Part shown: positions 49,488 to 61,759 of the stretch, piece by piece | Layout: every line of letters starts with the position of its first letter | Position numbering within the stretch: the stretch's first letter is position 1 | Origin: Macrostomum lignano | Taxonomy: Eukaryota | NCBI GenBank assembly: GCA_002269645.1 | Contig: NIVC01000242.1 | Location: 23,449-87,448 of the forward strand | Direction of reading: 5' to 3' | DNA length: 64,000 bases | Made by a program: the position numbers and the translations under genes | The notes under the pieces: model-generated | Told to the model about the DNA's origin: nothing | The model's database searches: none | What the model saw: the letters and a program-made list of their open reading frames with translations, nothing else

Positions 49488-49592
49488 GGTAAATGGCTAG
49501 AGTCAACTATAACTGTCTTATTAAGGCTAAATGCCTCATTATCTAATTAGTACTACCTCTATATTATTTTTGGGTAAGCATTTTTGTGACTT
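49488..49592 (+). mobile_element. Decayed second copy of the 28S-bearing MITE interior
   Basis: GGTAAATGGCTAGAGTCAACTATAACTGTCTTATTAAGGCTAAATGCCTCATTATCTAATTAGTACTAC shares the non-rRNA states of the 50748 element, plus downstream MITE sequence. Confidence 0.75.
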
Positions 49593-49903
49593 CTTGCTAG
49601 TCCAATACAATTTACAGTGGCCAGATTAGCTAGCAGTTTTGCATGTATGATTTCTAAAAAACATGATACAATTTAACAAAATTTATTATAAATAATAATT
49701 GTACTATATTTACATTTTTAGTATTAGGCCCTCCCTAATAAATTAAGTATTAATAAATTTTTATATCTAAGCATTTATTGTATGAGATAAAAAGAATGGC
49801 TAAACAATAACCCTATTTGGCTAATAATGTTGAATGTTAGGATTTTGAATTACTTTTTAAGATTTTAACATTTGCCTTTTCATTTTGCAAATAGAACATA
49901 GGC

Positions 49904-50119
49904 CAGTAGTTTTTCAACTTGTGGGTTATGACCCCCAGTGGGGTTATATAACCATTTTTGAGGTTGCAACACTAAGAAATAATAAACATTGTATGAGTAT
50001 ATCATACTTAATGATGCATTATATTGATTATAAAAGGGGTTACAAACATTAAAAAATGATGCAATGCAAGTTGCAAATGAATAAATTAAGGTCACCTGAA
50101 AAAAGGTTGAGAACTACTG
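49904..50119. mobile_element. hAT-Charlie-type MITE, 216 bp
   Basis: TIRs CAGTAGTTTTTCAAC and GTTGAGAACTACTG; 8-bp TSD acataggc/gcataggc (1 mismatch). Confidence 0.85.
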
Positions 50120-50747
50120 GCATAGGCCATGCACTCATGTGCGCATGCCCACATATACATGGGATACCTATAACTAAGCACACTTACGCATGCACACATC
50201 TGCCTATACCTGCACCTACCAAATTTCTTAGGTGCACTGCCATGCCAGATGGTATCCAATTGGAATAATTGGATAAGAATTGCAATTGGAAGACTTATTT
50301 GAAGGTTCCTAGTCATTTTGTTATCTGCCATTTCATCATCTGGGTGTCTGGAATGTTCACCTCAACTTTGGTTACTTCATCATCTTAATTAGCATACACT
50401 AGGCCTACCTGAAGAGAGTCATTTTTGTCTTCCACTAATAGTTCCAAATTCAAGTGAATTAATATGGCAATCAAACATATTTACTTGGAAATCCTAATGA
50501 TCCCAGTCATTTTGTCATCTCGATTGATAAAACCTATCAATCGATCAGTTCTGTTTGCTGCAGCTTAATAGTAGTGTGGTTAATAAAAACAAAAATGGTT
50601 TATACTAACTCGGATCTCACACAGATTAATTGGTTGATGAAGAAGTATCTAGAATAACTAAATATTTGGTCACTTTGTCAAATTAATTTTTCAAGATACT
50701 TTGCTTCTGGTCACTTCGTCATCCAATATGACAAAATGGAATATGAC

Positions 50748-51020
50748 CATACATGCGCAACAGTCGGCCGAGTCGGCCGATCCGGCCGACCGATTTGGCG
50801 GCCAACCAAGGTAAGTCGCAAAAATGCCCACCCGAAAGAATCATACGTAGTACTAATTAGATGACGAGGCATTTAGCCCTTATAAGACAGTCATAGTTAC
50901 TCCTGCCGTTTACCCAAAATTGCGTTAATTTTGCTGAAGGGTTTCTTTCACAGGTAAGTCGCATTTTTTGTTAAAACTAAGTCGCACGGCCGACCAAATT
51001 TTGAAGGTTGCGCATGTATG
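50748..51020. mobile_element. hAT-type MITE, 273 bp, carrying a 28S rRNA fragment
   Basis: Perfect 14-bp TIR CATACATGCGCAAC; perfect 8-bp TSD AATATGAC (50740-47 and 51021-28); subterminal TAAGTCGCA x3 and several CGGCCGA motifs. Confidence 0.92.
50852..50915 (-). pseudogene. 64-nt 28S rRNA fragment (helix 69-71 region, R2/I-PpoI target) inside the MITE
   Basis: Minus strand GGGTAAACGGCAGGAGTAACTATGACTGTCTTATAAGGGCTAAATGCCTCGTCATCTAATTAGT; 56/64 identical to the eukaryotic consensus as recalled from memory. Confidence 0.88.
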
Positions 51021-52211
51021 AATATGACAATCTGACCAGGATTGAGTAAATTTCTCAAACTGAATTCCAGAATTGGATCACAATTTAGGAACTGATTCTA
51101 AAAATGGAATAGACAATATGAAAAGCTTTGAACCATGTCTGGTTCTGGAATTGGTAATATGAAAAGCCTATTAAGTATTAATCAATTATAAAATTTATCA
51201 TAAAACATGTTTGCACTTTGCATGTCTTTTTTTAAACAAGCAATTATCAATTGATTATTTTTGCAATCACAAAATTAATATGAATCATCAAAACATCACC
51301 TAAATATCAAGCAACTAACAAACATGACTAGGCCTATCATCCTCCAATGCCTTGTTTCAAAAGTTACACTTGGTAATTTGACTAGGTAGGCCCCTAGGGC
51401 CTAGCACACACATCCAATGATGTACAACCAAAGTGAAAAAGTCAGACGATGTATTAATTTGCACGATTCTGGTTCTGGAATCGGTATTATGACGGTAATA
51501 TGAAAAGCCTATATGACTATAGTATAGTATGACTATTGCACTATGTGACTCTGCTCATTTGCTTTTTGCTTGTTTTGATATTGCTTTGATACACTATACA
51601 CAGAATGATGTCCTATTACAGATTTATTTTGATTGTTAGGTCAATTTTGAAAAGCAGAAATGCAGACTTGGCTAAATATTAAGAATGCTAACTTTTGTCG
51701 TTGGGCCTACTTGCTGTCACAATGCTGCACGTGGATTAGGCCTACACTTAATGATTGTTTCATAGAAAATGAAACCTCCGTTTGCAAGATTTTAGGAGAC
51801 TTCATTTCAAACAAATATTTTGTACATAATTTTTAGCGCTGTAGAGGAGGGTAAAATAAAATTTAATTGTTTTCTTAGCTTTAGTTTTAAAAAGCTATAA
51901 AGGTCTAATATTTGTTGCAGAAATTTAGCGCAATAACTAATTAAATTCTTTGAACTTACTCTCGTGCCGGCTTGAAAATTGATCGAAAATCAACCTCACA
52001 ATCTGCAACACTAAAAACAATTTGTTTGAATCGGTGACTTAGCGCGGCATTATTCAAGAGTCCCATTTGCCTCTAGTTTTTAACTTTAGGACAAAAATGC
52101 AGAAAATATTTACTATATAGCCAGCAAATAAATGCAGGGATGTGTTGATAAGGAATAAATTAAATATTCTTTTTCATGCACAGGTTACTGTGTAAATTGC
52201 AATGTCAATTC

Positions 52212-52637
52212 CAACAACAACAACAACAGAGTACGCTGTCAGTTCGCAAAAGCAGCGTCAGATGGCGCGCTTCGAAGCTTGGGCGCGAACAAAGGCCGCA
52301 CCGCCGGCAGAGTCCGGGCGCCGGCGTCAGCCAGCAGACAGTCGACGTAGCGCCGAGTCCTCGCCTGTCCCCGCCGGTAGGGTGCCTGCAACGTAAGTAG
52401 CAGCACCTCCTGCACCGGCTCCGGACAGTAGGCCTCGGCGCGGATGACGTGGCCTACCAGCTGGAGTCGCCGACGGCGCAGCAGATCGCTAGGACGGGCC
52501 AGGCCAGCGCGATGATAGAGCGCCGTGTTGGTGACTCGCTCGTTGCCGATCTTGAAGGCGCCGCCGCGTCGACTTGAGCCTCGAGCGAGTCTATCAGCGT
52601 CCAGGTCTCGGCGTTGTATAAGAGGACGGTCTCGATC
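52212..52637 (-). mobile_element. 5'-truncated RTE-like LINE, 3' end
   Basis: IETVLLYNAETWTL...ERVTNTALY...RRRRLQLVGHVIR post-RT motifs with one frameshift; stop codon; short UTR; (TTG)n tail; ATTC on both flanks. Confidence 0.85.
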
Positions 52638-52996
52638 ATTCTTGCGACAGTTGCTGATTCTTATAGTCCATCAAGTCCTGTAACCAAGGACAAATTCTCA
52701 CAACTGGAAGTTCAATGGTTCGGTCAGCAGAGGACTTTAAAACTTTAAAAAATGTCGAATTTTTTATTTCGCTTGCGACACTCGACTTTTTCAGAGCTGT
52801 ACATTGCGACAGCTGGCATTTTCAATTGCCAGATGTCCAAAGAGTATAATTGAGAAACTGGCGCATTTGCGACAGCTTCTTTTGCAAGGATATAAAGTCC
52901 TCTGCTGACCGAACCATTGAACTTCCAGTTGTGAGAATTTTTCCTTGGTTACAGGACTTGATGGACTATAAGAATCAGCAACTGTCGCAAGAATTG
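52638..52996. mobile_element. Foldback element with 102-bp inverted arms
   Basis: Arms 52638-52739 and 52893-52994 (one mismatch seen); repeated TTGCGACA motifs. Confidence 0.85.
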
Positions 52997-53700
52997 CCCA
53001 AAGCTTAAAATTCCTAAGCCCCAAAAACAAGCCATCCGCACGCTATCCGCACGTAACTAATTTTTAACGCCTCCCCACAGACAAGCCAAGTACATGGAAC
53101 GCTTTGAACCTTCTGATGCATAAATAAAGTGTCTAAATCTTTGCAAATTACCCAGATTTATAGCTGTCGCAAACATTTAAATTTTTTATGAGGATGGATG
53201 CGGCTAGATTTACGGGAGTCGTTGGGCCAGTGTAGGGACTCGGCGGTTGAACTACCAACATATCGTAAGATAAGAAGCTTTCCAGAAAGTTATTTCCATT
53301 GGAGAAATCAAAATGCTTGACTCTTTTCAGACTGGCTGGGCAATTTAGAAATCGACAAACAATATAATTAAAATACAATTTTTAGTACATGTATAGGAGT
53401 ACCATTTTCAACTTTATTTTAATCAATCTTCAACTACTCGTAGGCAATACATTTAGTGCCAAAAATTATTTTAGAATTAGCGCAACAATGATCTGTTTCA
53501 CTCATTCCTTTTGCAATACGGATGATCAATTAGTAAAATGGGTAGAAAATGGAAATTAAAATCAAGTAGATAGCTTCTATACTTAACGCATCAAAGTATT
53601 GCTGCTTCTTGTCAGTCTAGCCTAATGATTTGCTTTACTGCATTAGAAAACGGTCAAACGTCTACTAGAAGCAAGATACGCTCGAGTAGACTCCAATAAG

Positions 53701-56223
53701 TTAAGCCAATGTAGGAAAGGTGGCATCAGTTGTAACGCCGCAATTGTTGTTCTTCGTCGACATCAGAACGTAGCCGTTGTTGCCCCAGTAGAAGCTCCAG
53801 CTGTTCTTCACCAGCCAGTAGGGCTCGCCGTTTAGCACGCCGTATCCAACAGCCAAGACGGAGTGGTCCAAATCCGTGCTGCTACAGGCCGGCTCAAAAT
53901 AGACACCCGAACTGTAGAACACGAAGGACAGGTGCGACGCGTCGATGGAAACGCTAATAGGGCCACTGTGAAATAGAGCAGCCTTCATCGCCGTAATATT
54001 GTTCGGCGGCACCTGGATGTAGCCAGTCACGTTGACAGACGAGTTCACCTTCTCTGCGTGGCAGTACGCGTCCTGCATAAGGTAAGGCCCGTAGTCCTCC
54101 TCAAACGCCAGGCCGTGCTTCTGCATGTAGGAGTAGGACGGAACGTCTTCACCACCGTTGCAGCCGTTGTTGCCGAATCCCCAGGAGCAGTCAACCAGCT
54201 GCTGCTGAGAGAAGCGGACTCGTTTTCCAGTTTTAACAAAATAGGCGCCCTCCAACACTCCGGCAGCGCCGAACGACCAGCACGAGCCGCAGATTCCCTG
54301 GTCTTTGACTGGCGACACGCCGCCCAGGATTCGCCAGTCCCAGTTGTCCGGCAGACTGTCTCCAGAGCTGGGCACAGTAAACGGATGTCGAGTTGCCCTG
54401 CCGGCAGATTCCAATACGCCGCCGCGGCTCTTGCGACAACGCGATCGAGTGCGGAGCTCGTCCCTGGACTGGTCGCCAGGTGGTTCACAGCCAGCTTGTA
54501 GGGCAGACCGGCCCTGTGAAATGTTTGAACAAATGCAACTATGCTAACATGATGTAACAGTATACGAGAGAAATTCATGTAGGCGGTTTAACACTACTAA
54601 AGGTGGCGGCAACAAAAGAAGGGAAACTACTTTACCACTAAGGTAAATACTTTTCTATTGTTTGTTTCCTAGAGCTTGAGATTTTTTAAAGCAGTAAAGA
54701 ATTACTCCGATTATCAAGCTTTCTACTAGCTTAAGATATCAACACCCCTTTGAGCATCGACATCCCAGAATACCCTATAACTTACCCTTAGATGCTTGGC
54801 AAGCTACTATACAAAAATCCAGATAAGTTTACATCGTTTGAGTCTGATTTGGCTCAGGTCCAGCTAAGGGTAACCTAAAAGCTAGCCTGAATACCAAACT
54901 TTCAAGTTTTTCGTGTGAACCGGACCGAAACCTGGTGATTGTGAATCACACTTTGAGTAAGTATGAATGTGAATTCACCTGTTCTTCGAATGGATGTAGC
55001 GCAGATTCTGACGAAATGCATGAGTTCGTCTCCTCTCTTCTACCTGGCTGTCGTAGGGCTTGAAGCGGCGATGAACGGTCTGGAATCGTTGGAAATGAGC
55101 GTCGACCGAGCGATGATCGCCGCCGCTAACCAGCTCCGACAGCGGGTTCAAAGCAGCGACGCCGTCACTCGGAGGCGCCGGATGGCAGGTGTTCGGCGCC
55201 TTCACCTCAAAGTCCTTAGCCTGCGGCCGCGTCTTATCGTCATACTCCATGTACTCAACATAGTAGCGATCGTAGTGCGAGCCAAGCAAAGAATCGTAGC
55301 CAATCATGTCGTAGCGGTAGGGCCTGTTGTCTTTCTGCCCGACCCACAGAGTGTAAGTGTTCACCTTGTCGGCGAAGACAGTCTTGTTAACAAAGACGTT
55401 GCACATCACACCGCGAACTTCCTCGGCGCGGCTATAGGTGAAGTAGCTGGCGTCTGGCAGTACATTCTGGACATTGTACACCCCGGCCAGTTGGTAGCAG
55501 TCTCGCTTGTTCTTCTCAGTCTCTGTAGATACCGGATGAAGCAAGTAGCCAGAGTGCGAAGCGTTAGCAAAGTTGAAGCTCTGCACCATGCCCGAGTAAT
55601 AGTCGATCCTAGATAGCTGCTTCTCATTGTCAACGTAAGCGGAGAACGGCTCGGAGATTTCGGCGTACGGCAGCTCGATGGTTCCGCTGACGGTGTAGAA
55701 CTTCGGCATCGGCGGCGGCGTAGGTGGACCCTGACTCTCGTGACGCAGCACTGCGTCCGCTGAGGCGCATCCACTGATCTGGAGCAGGACTGGAATAGGA
55801 AAATAAAATGGCGAATGAGTAAAATAACTTAAGCTTCTTATGCCGAAATAACAGAGCGACATCAGAATATCCATCGACTGAGCTCCAATATTTATTACTC
55901 TATAGGTAACTTATACTTAATTCCTACGGATAACATGTACATATTGTCGAAAACTGAAGTAGGATGCTGGAGACTGATAACGAATGTATATTAGAGAAAT
56001 TGGACTTTTCTAGAGCGAATTACTATCTATCGACCGAATTGGTCCATTGAGAAACGCGATGCATATTCAGAGCTGTGTTCTCTCTATAGAGCATACTAAA
56101 TGCACTAGCGATACGACAACTCTGTTTCAGTACAAGCTCAACATTGATTTAACGATTATTATACTCATTTAGAGACAGTCAAAACTTACCAAAGCTCACT
56201 ATGACTAAGCCTAGACAACGCAT
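53701..56223 (-). CDS. Papain-family cysteine protease of the 26/29-kDa proteinase / CfaD type (cathepsin L-like)
   Basis: Exons 56223-56190, 55789-54979 and 54513-53701. Signal peptide MRCLGLVIVSFVLLQISGCASA; long N-terminal domain (YTVSGTIELPYAEISEPF); I29-like prodomain; catalytic QGICGSCWSF, LDHSVLAVGYG and WLVKNSW. Needs +1 nt at 54474/54475. Confidence 0.92.
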
Positions 56224-56899
56224 TTCTTCGAAATATCTGTAACTAGTAAGTAGATATCCAGCTTTGCTGCTAACACCTAAAGCCGAGCCTAGTTAAGTCA
56301 AGCCAGCAACAATCTTTGCATAAGCATTTTATAACGCATGACACTATATATACATTTATACCTTACACGTAAAGCTGCAGCTGCATATCGCTTCGTTTGA
56401 TCGCCAAAGGACCAACAAGCTAGTTTATAAGCAGAAGCTTGCGCAAGCGCATTTGCCGGGCACAAGCTTCGCGCATGTTACATTATCAGCAAGTCTGTGC
56501 GCACTTTGTTGCAGCCTGGAAAGTTTTGATAAAGCAAGAATTCCGGCTTTCACTTGCAACGTTAAGCTCAATATTGATTATTCTGCTAATTGTTGCTGTT
56601 AATGCCTGCAAGACCCTGCTGCTGCTTAAGACCCTGGATGCACACCAGCACACGTCTGATTCATCAAGGATGAGCGGAAAATGATACGAGTCTGACTTGA
56701 TTTATTACCACTTTATATGGCAACATTTATGAGTAAAATGTGTTAAAAATCTGTAAAAATTACTGACGCGTCTTAGCACAATCAGCTTTTAAGTTTACTC
56801 CTTTTCTTGAAGGAAATCAAGGAGGCCATGTCCCCAATTAGGAGGATAGCTACCGGAAATACAGATCTAAGCCCTCCCCTCTAATCCGGCAGGTAAAAG

Positions 56900-57015
56900 A
56901 CGATTTGATACCGAAGACAGACGGAAGTTCAACCAGGAGACAATTGCTGCTGTTCAGACAGCAGTGGAGTCGGACCGTCGTGTAACAATTGAGGAAATGG
57001 CAAGCGAATTCAGCC
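56900..57015 (+). mobile_element. Degraded mariner transposase fragment
   Basis: ETIAAVQTAVESDRRVTIEEMASEFSL parallels ENIAAVRRMIDEDRRVTCAEIRDALGI of the intact element. Confidence 0.6.
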
Positions 57016-57069
57016 TCTGTCGGCCCTGTCCACTTGCAGGAATGGTTTTCCATTGGGTTAATGCGCTTG

Positions 57070-57255
57070 TCCATTCAGTAGCAAGCGTAAGGAGTTTCTG
57101 GTTGGTGGTAACTCAGTCAGGAACGAGTGGGAACGGGTTGTGAGAGGTCTCCCAGCAGATGCCTTTGCCCTGGTCTTGGCAGATCTTAGAGCAGTCAGCA
57201 TGGCCCTGTCAGGGCATGGCTGCTTCTCTCAACACCGCTTTAACACCGTCAGGTA
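57070..57255 (+). mobile_element. Possible non-LTR retrotransposon ORF2 C-terminal fragment
   Basis: PFSSKRK...W...LRAVSMALSGHGCFSQHRF resembles the LTGHG.F motif of I/R1/LOA-type elements; short. Confidence 0.4.
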
Positions 57256-58306
57256 CAACATTTATCTTTCAAAGCACCTTGGTAAGTCCACGATTTATAT
57301 GGGGCATGCAAGCAATGAAAACTCAATACTGTAAGCCATGCTGGATTCATTGAGGTCAAAGGATCAGCTGACCTATTCCCAAAAGAAAGACATAAAAACG
57401 GTCTTATGACTCATCTGACTATTCCTAGAAAATTCATAGATCGTTTCTCGTGCTCCCCATATCTTGCTACTACCTGATCGTTTGCTAATCTATGCTAAGT
57501 TAATCGACAATCAGATGACTAACACCTGACTTCAAAGTTCTTGCAGTACCGAACAAAGTTGCTTAGCAGTAAAACCTGTTTAGCCTCTAGCTAGTTCATA
57601 AAAAGGACTGGCCGGACACCCAATATCAGTCGGAAACAATAAACAACCCCTGGAAAAAGTCATGTGATTCAATGCTTATCACTTCAGCCCATCGTTTATC
57701 GGAAAGAAAAGCTTTCTAACACCAGAACCGGAAAAAACCATCAAGATTAGTTCAAATTCTAGCTAAAATAGAAATTGAAAAAAAAAGATTAACAAAGGAC
57801 TACAAGAAAATGATATTATTTTCAAGTGCTTGCTGTTGACCTCGTTAACTTAAAATTGAAAATAATTAATAATGCAAGCAAATTAGTTTTGTTTAATTTA
57901 ATAAAATATCGGACTTAGTCACGGTAAATTACGGCACCAACAATTATTATATAGATACTTAATTGATTGCAGTTATTAACACAGCAAAAAACTAATCAGG
58001 CGACGTTGTTTTTGTTTAAGAATAATAAAACATACGCGTGCAAACCACTCTTAGTAGCATTGCTGGGTTTTAAAACTAATAAAGTAGACAAATAATGGTT
58101 TTAGCAACGGAGAAGACAGTCCAAAATGCAGAAAATAGTTTAACCGATCGGTGAAATACTATGTAAACGCTATTGGACTTAAAATTACAAGGTTAGGAAT
58201 TTGAAAGCATGTTTACGTGCAGTTCAGCTGTGCTTTAGGTATCGGTAAAGTTTCCAATACGGAGGAACTTAACATTTAACAGTTATTGGTTGCACAAAAA
58301 ATTGAA

Positions 58307-59180
58307 AACCTGTTGTTGATGGCACTAAACCTGTTGTTGATGGCACTAAACCTGTTGTTGATGGCACTAAACCTGCTGTTGATGGCACTAAACCTGCTGT
58401 TAATGGCACTAAACCTGTTGTTGATAGCACTAAACCTGCTGTTAATGGCACTAAACCTGCTGTTGATGGCACTAAACCTGTTGTTGATGGCACTAAACCT
58501 GCTGTTAATGGCACTAAACCTGTTGTTGATGGCACTAAACATGTTGTTGATGGCACTAAACCTGTTGTTGATGGCACTAAACATGTTGTTGATGGCACTA
58601 AACCTGCTGTTAATGGCACTAAACCTGTTGTTGATGGCACTAAACATGTTGTTGATGGCACTAAACCTGCTGTTAATGGCACTAAACCTGTTGTTGATGG
58701 CACTAAACATGTTGTTGATGGCACTAAACCTGTTGTTGATGGCACTAAACCTGCTGTTAATGGCACTAAACCTGTTGTTGATGGCACTAAACATGTTGTT
58801 GATGGCACTAAACCTGTTGTTGATGGCACTAAACATGTTGTTGATGGCACTAAACCTGCTGTTAATGGCACTAAACCTGTTGTTGATGGCACTAAACATG
58901 TTGTTGATGGCACTAAACCTGCTGTTAATGGCACTAAACCTGTTGTTGATGGCACTAAACATGTTGTTGATGGCACTAAACCTGTTGTTGATGGCACTAA
59001 ACCTGCTGTTAATGGCACTAAACCTGCTGTTAATGGCACTAAACCTGTTGTTGATGGCACTAAACCTGCTGTTAATGGCACTAAACCTGTTGTTGATGGC
59101 ACTAAACCTGCTGTTAATGGCACTAAACCTGTTGTTGATGGCACTAAACATGTTGTTGATGGCTAAACCTGCTGTTGATG
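58307..59180. repeat. 21-bp minisatellite (AAACCTGTTGTTGATGGCACT)
   Basis: About 41 units just downstream of NDC1. Confidence 0.96.
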
Positions 59181-59286
59181 GTCTGCACCGCAGACTGAAC
59201 GCACTGACGCGAAAAAAGGGTTAGATTTCCAATTAAAATGCACTTTAATATAAGCACCAGCCCAACTTCAAAGCAACAATGCAGTT

Positions 59287-61759
59287 TCAATCAGCACTAA
59301 CAGACGCATGGCCGTTAGAGGTCCCGCAGTCTTCCAAATGCGGGAACAGCAACAGCAAGCTCTGTCTGGCGTCCGCATCCAAATTGAGTTCGAGCAGACT
59401 GCGGCCGAACCTGGCCACGATAGACTGCAGGCCATGCTGGCAGGCCTCACGAAGAGCTGCCGGCAGGCGCAGGCAGGTGTCATAGGCCTGCGACAGCGGC
59501 AGCTGGTGCTGATAATTAAACTGTTGAAGCTGCTTGTTGGCTTGCTGACTCGCTGGTCGATACCGTCGCTGACTGTCGGAGTCTGACGGCGAGGTGGCGG
59601 CAGCGCGCGCAGCCGGAGCCATCAGCAGCAGCAGCTGGTCAAGTCCGTCGGCTTTAACGGCGGCCTCGAGGGTGCGGCCAAGCCGGAGCAGCAGGCCCAG
59701 CAGTTCGGGTAAGTCGCGTTGGACAACGCCGAACTCGTCCTCAGTGTAGGAGGCTTCGATCAGGGAGCACAGGACTCGCACCATTAGCACGTGCAGTTGG
59801 CAGGGCGCCAGCAATTCCAGCAGGTCGCTATGAGGCAGCGGCTCTTTAAGCCAGGCAGCCACACTGGCCAGGGGGTGATACACAAATCCGCCAAGAGTTG
59901 CAGAGCCGGCGCGTCGCTGCTGGCCGTCCAGCGACAAAGCTGAGGCGCCATCACCGACGCCTGGCTGCTGATCGTACTTAGCCGACGAACATGGCGGAGT
60001 CGGAGGCGGCGACAGCGGATCGGTGACGTGCAGCCGGGCGCGCAGGTGCGGCGGTAGCAGGGCCCGCTGCATAGCCACCCGGCCAGGCAGGCGGCCCTCG
60101 CTGCGCAACTGCCGGTGCCGATCGCGAAGTCCGGCCAGCAGGCAGCCGAGCCGCAGCCGGGCCTCGTCGCTGGCCAGCTCCCAGACTCGAGGCCGGCCGG
60201 CTAGCGGGCTGATGGCGAACACCGCCCTGCGGCAGGCCGGCTCGCCCAGCTGCCGGCACAGGGCGGACCAGGCCAGCAGGCGGGTCAGCTCGGGATGGCA
60301 GCCTTGACCGCCTCCATCGGTCATTGTCGGACAGTTGCCGGACAGCATGGCCGGGCCAGTGACCTCTTCGGGTAGGCCGAACTCAGTCGATGCCTCCAGC
60401 ACTAGCGGCGCTTCGGGTCGGCCAAGCCACAGCCTGGCCAGCTCGGCCGCGGCCGAGGCGGACATCAGCAGGTGCAGGCAGAGGAGCATCAGGCGGACGG
60501 CCAGACGAGGCGACATCGGCACGGCTAATGCGGAGCGGAGAGCCGGCCGGCCAAGGCAGACGGTTAGGCAGGCGTAGATCAGGGCGCTGGCGCAGACTAG
60601 GCGCAGGGCTAGGCGTTTGTTCCGGCGCCAGGCGTCCCTCAGCTGGGCGGTCATGCAGCGCAAAGCGTGCAGCCTAGGCTGCAGCAGGTGCTGGCTAGCC
60701 GAGGTGGCAGTCAGGGCCGAGGTGACCACGGTGCGACCGTTGGCCAGCAGCAGGCTGGCTAGGCGAGCCGCGCAGGCCAGCTGGCCGGCCAGCATGGTGA
60801 CGAGAAAGGCGTCGCTGAATTGCCCGGTGCCGGCGGCAAAGATTTCGCCGCTGCCTGATTAGTGAGGATTAATTGGGGATTATTCGGTTCGCTTAGCATT
60901 TTGGTATGTTTAGTTGTGAGTTAATCCAACAGAACGGCTTTATTGAACTTAGATTGCATAAATAAGTGTAAATACATATTGAGTACATATTGGCCCATAC
61001 AGGTACAATGGAGTGTATATTGACTCACACAGGTACAATGGAGTGTATATTGGCTCATACAGGTACAATTGAATATACATTGGCTCACACAGGTACAATG
61101 GAGTGTATATTGACTCACACAGGTACAATGGAGTGTATATTGGCTCATACAGGTACAATGGAGTGTATATTGGCTCATACAGGTACAATGGAGTGTATAT
61201 TGGCTCATACAGGTACAATGGAGTGTATATTGGCTCATACAGGTACAATGGAGTGTACATTGGCTCATACAGGTACAATGGAGTGTACATTGGCTCATAC
61301 AGGTACAATTGAGTTACATTGACTCCTACAAGACATAAGATGTAGTTGACAGGTTACTTAGACCACCTGACTATGCTACTATCACTAGACAGATGTACTG
61401 TACACAGCCCTAAGTAAACAAGAACCCAACCAACCTGTCAGACGATAGCAAGCAAGGCAAAACAGAAATGTTGGCACAGCCTGCGAGGCCCACAGTCCCA
61501 TATTGCGCCAGCACACGTGTTTAGTAACCAGGCTGTGCCTCTCCCTATAAATAGTGTCAGCCAGAGCCGGCCTGCGCCACATATCTGCCACTAGAAGCAA
61601 CTGGCCAAGCCAGGTGGCACCTAGGGCGGAAACAAATGGCAGCGATAGTAGCAGACTGACTGGCCTACGCCAAGACAATAGACATTCAGCCAGTGATAGG
61701 CCAATCAGAGACAGAGCCCCAATGGCACATGTCCACAGACAGCAGGCTTGAAGGCGCAT
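59287..61759 (-). CDS. NDC1: Transmembrane nucleoporin NDC1 (TMEM48), 2 exons
   Basis: Exons 61759-61435 and 60854-59287 (phase 1). Multi-TM N-terminal half; FAISPLAGRPRVW; signature SYTEDEFGVVQRDLPELLGLLLRL. Confidence 0.88.
60990..61322. repeat. 30-bp minisatellite in the NDC1 intron
   Basis: About 11 units of TGGCTCATACAGGTACAATGGAGTGTATAT. Confidence 0.95.

Noticed and set aside
50852-50915. Functional rRNA gene or snoRNA guide
   Set aside because: Only 64 nt match with no flanking rDNA; too long for a guide, and no C/D or H/ACA architecture was seen.
11140-54485. Programmed frameshifting as a shared explanation for the three broken genes
   Set aside because: All three are single missing bases at short G/C runs with no canonical slippery heptamer; long-read indel error is more parsimonious.
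58269-59224. About 290-310-aa repetitive ORFs, and similar ORFs at 16941-17627, 27609-28819, 35574-36762 and 38464-39622
   Set aside because: Open in several frames because the satellite units lack stops; no protein-like features.
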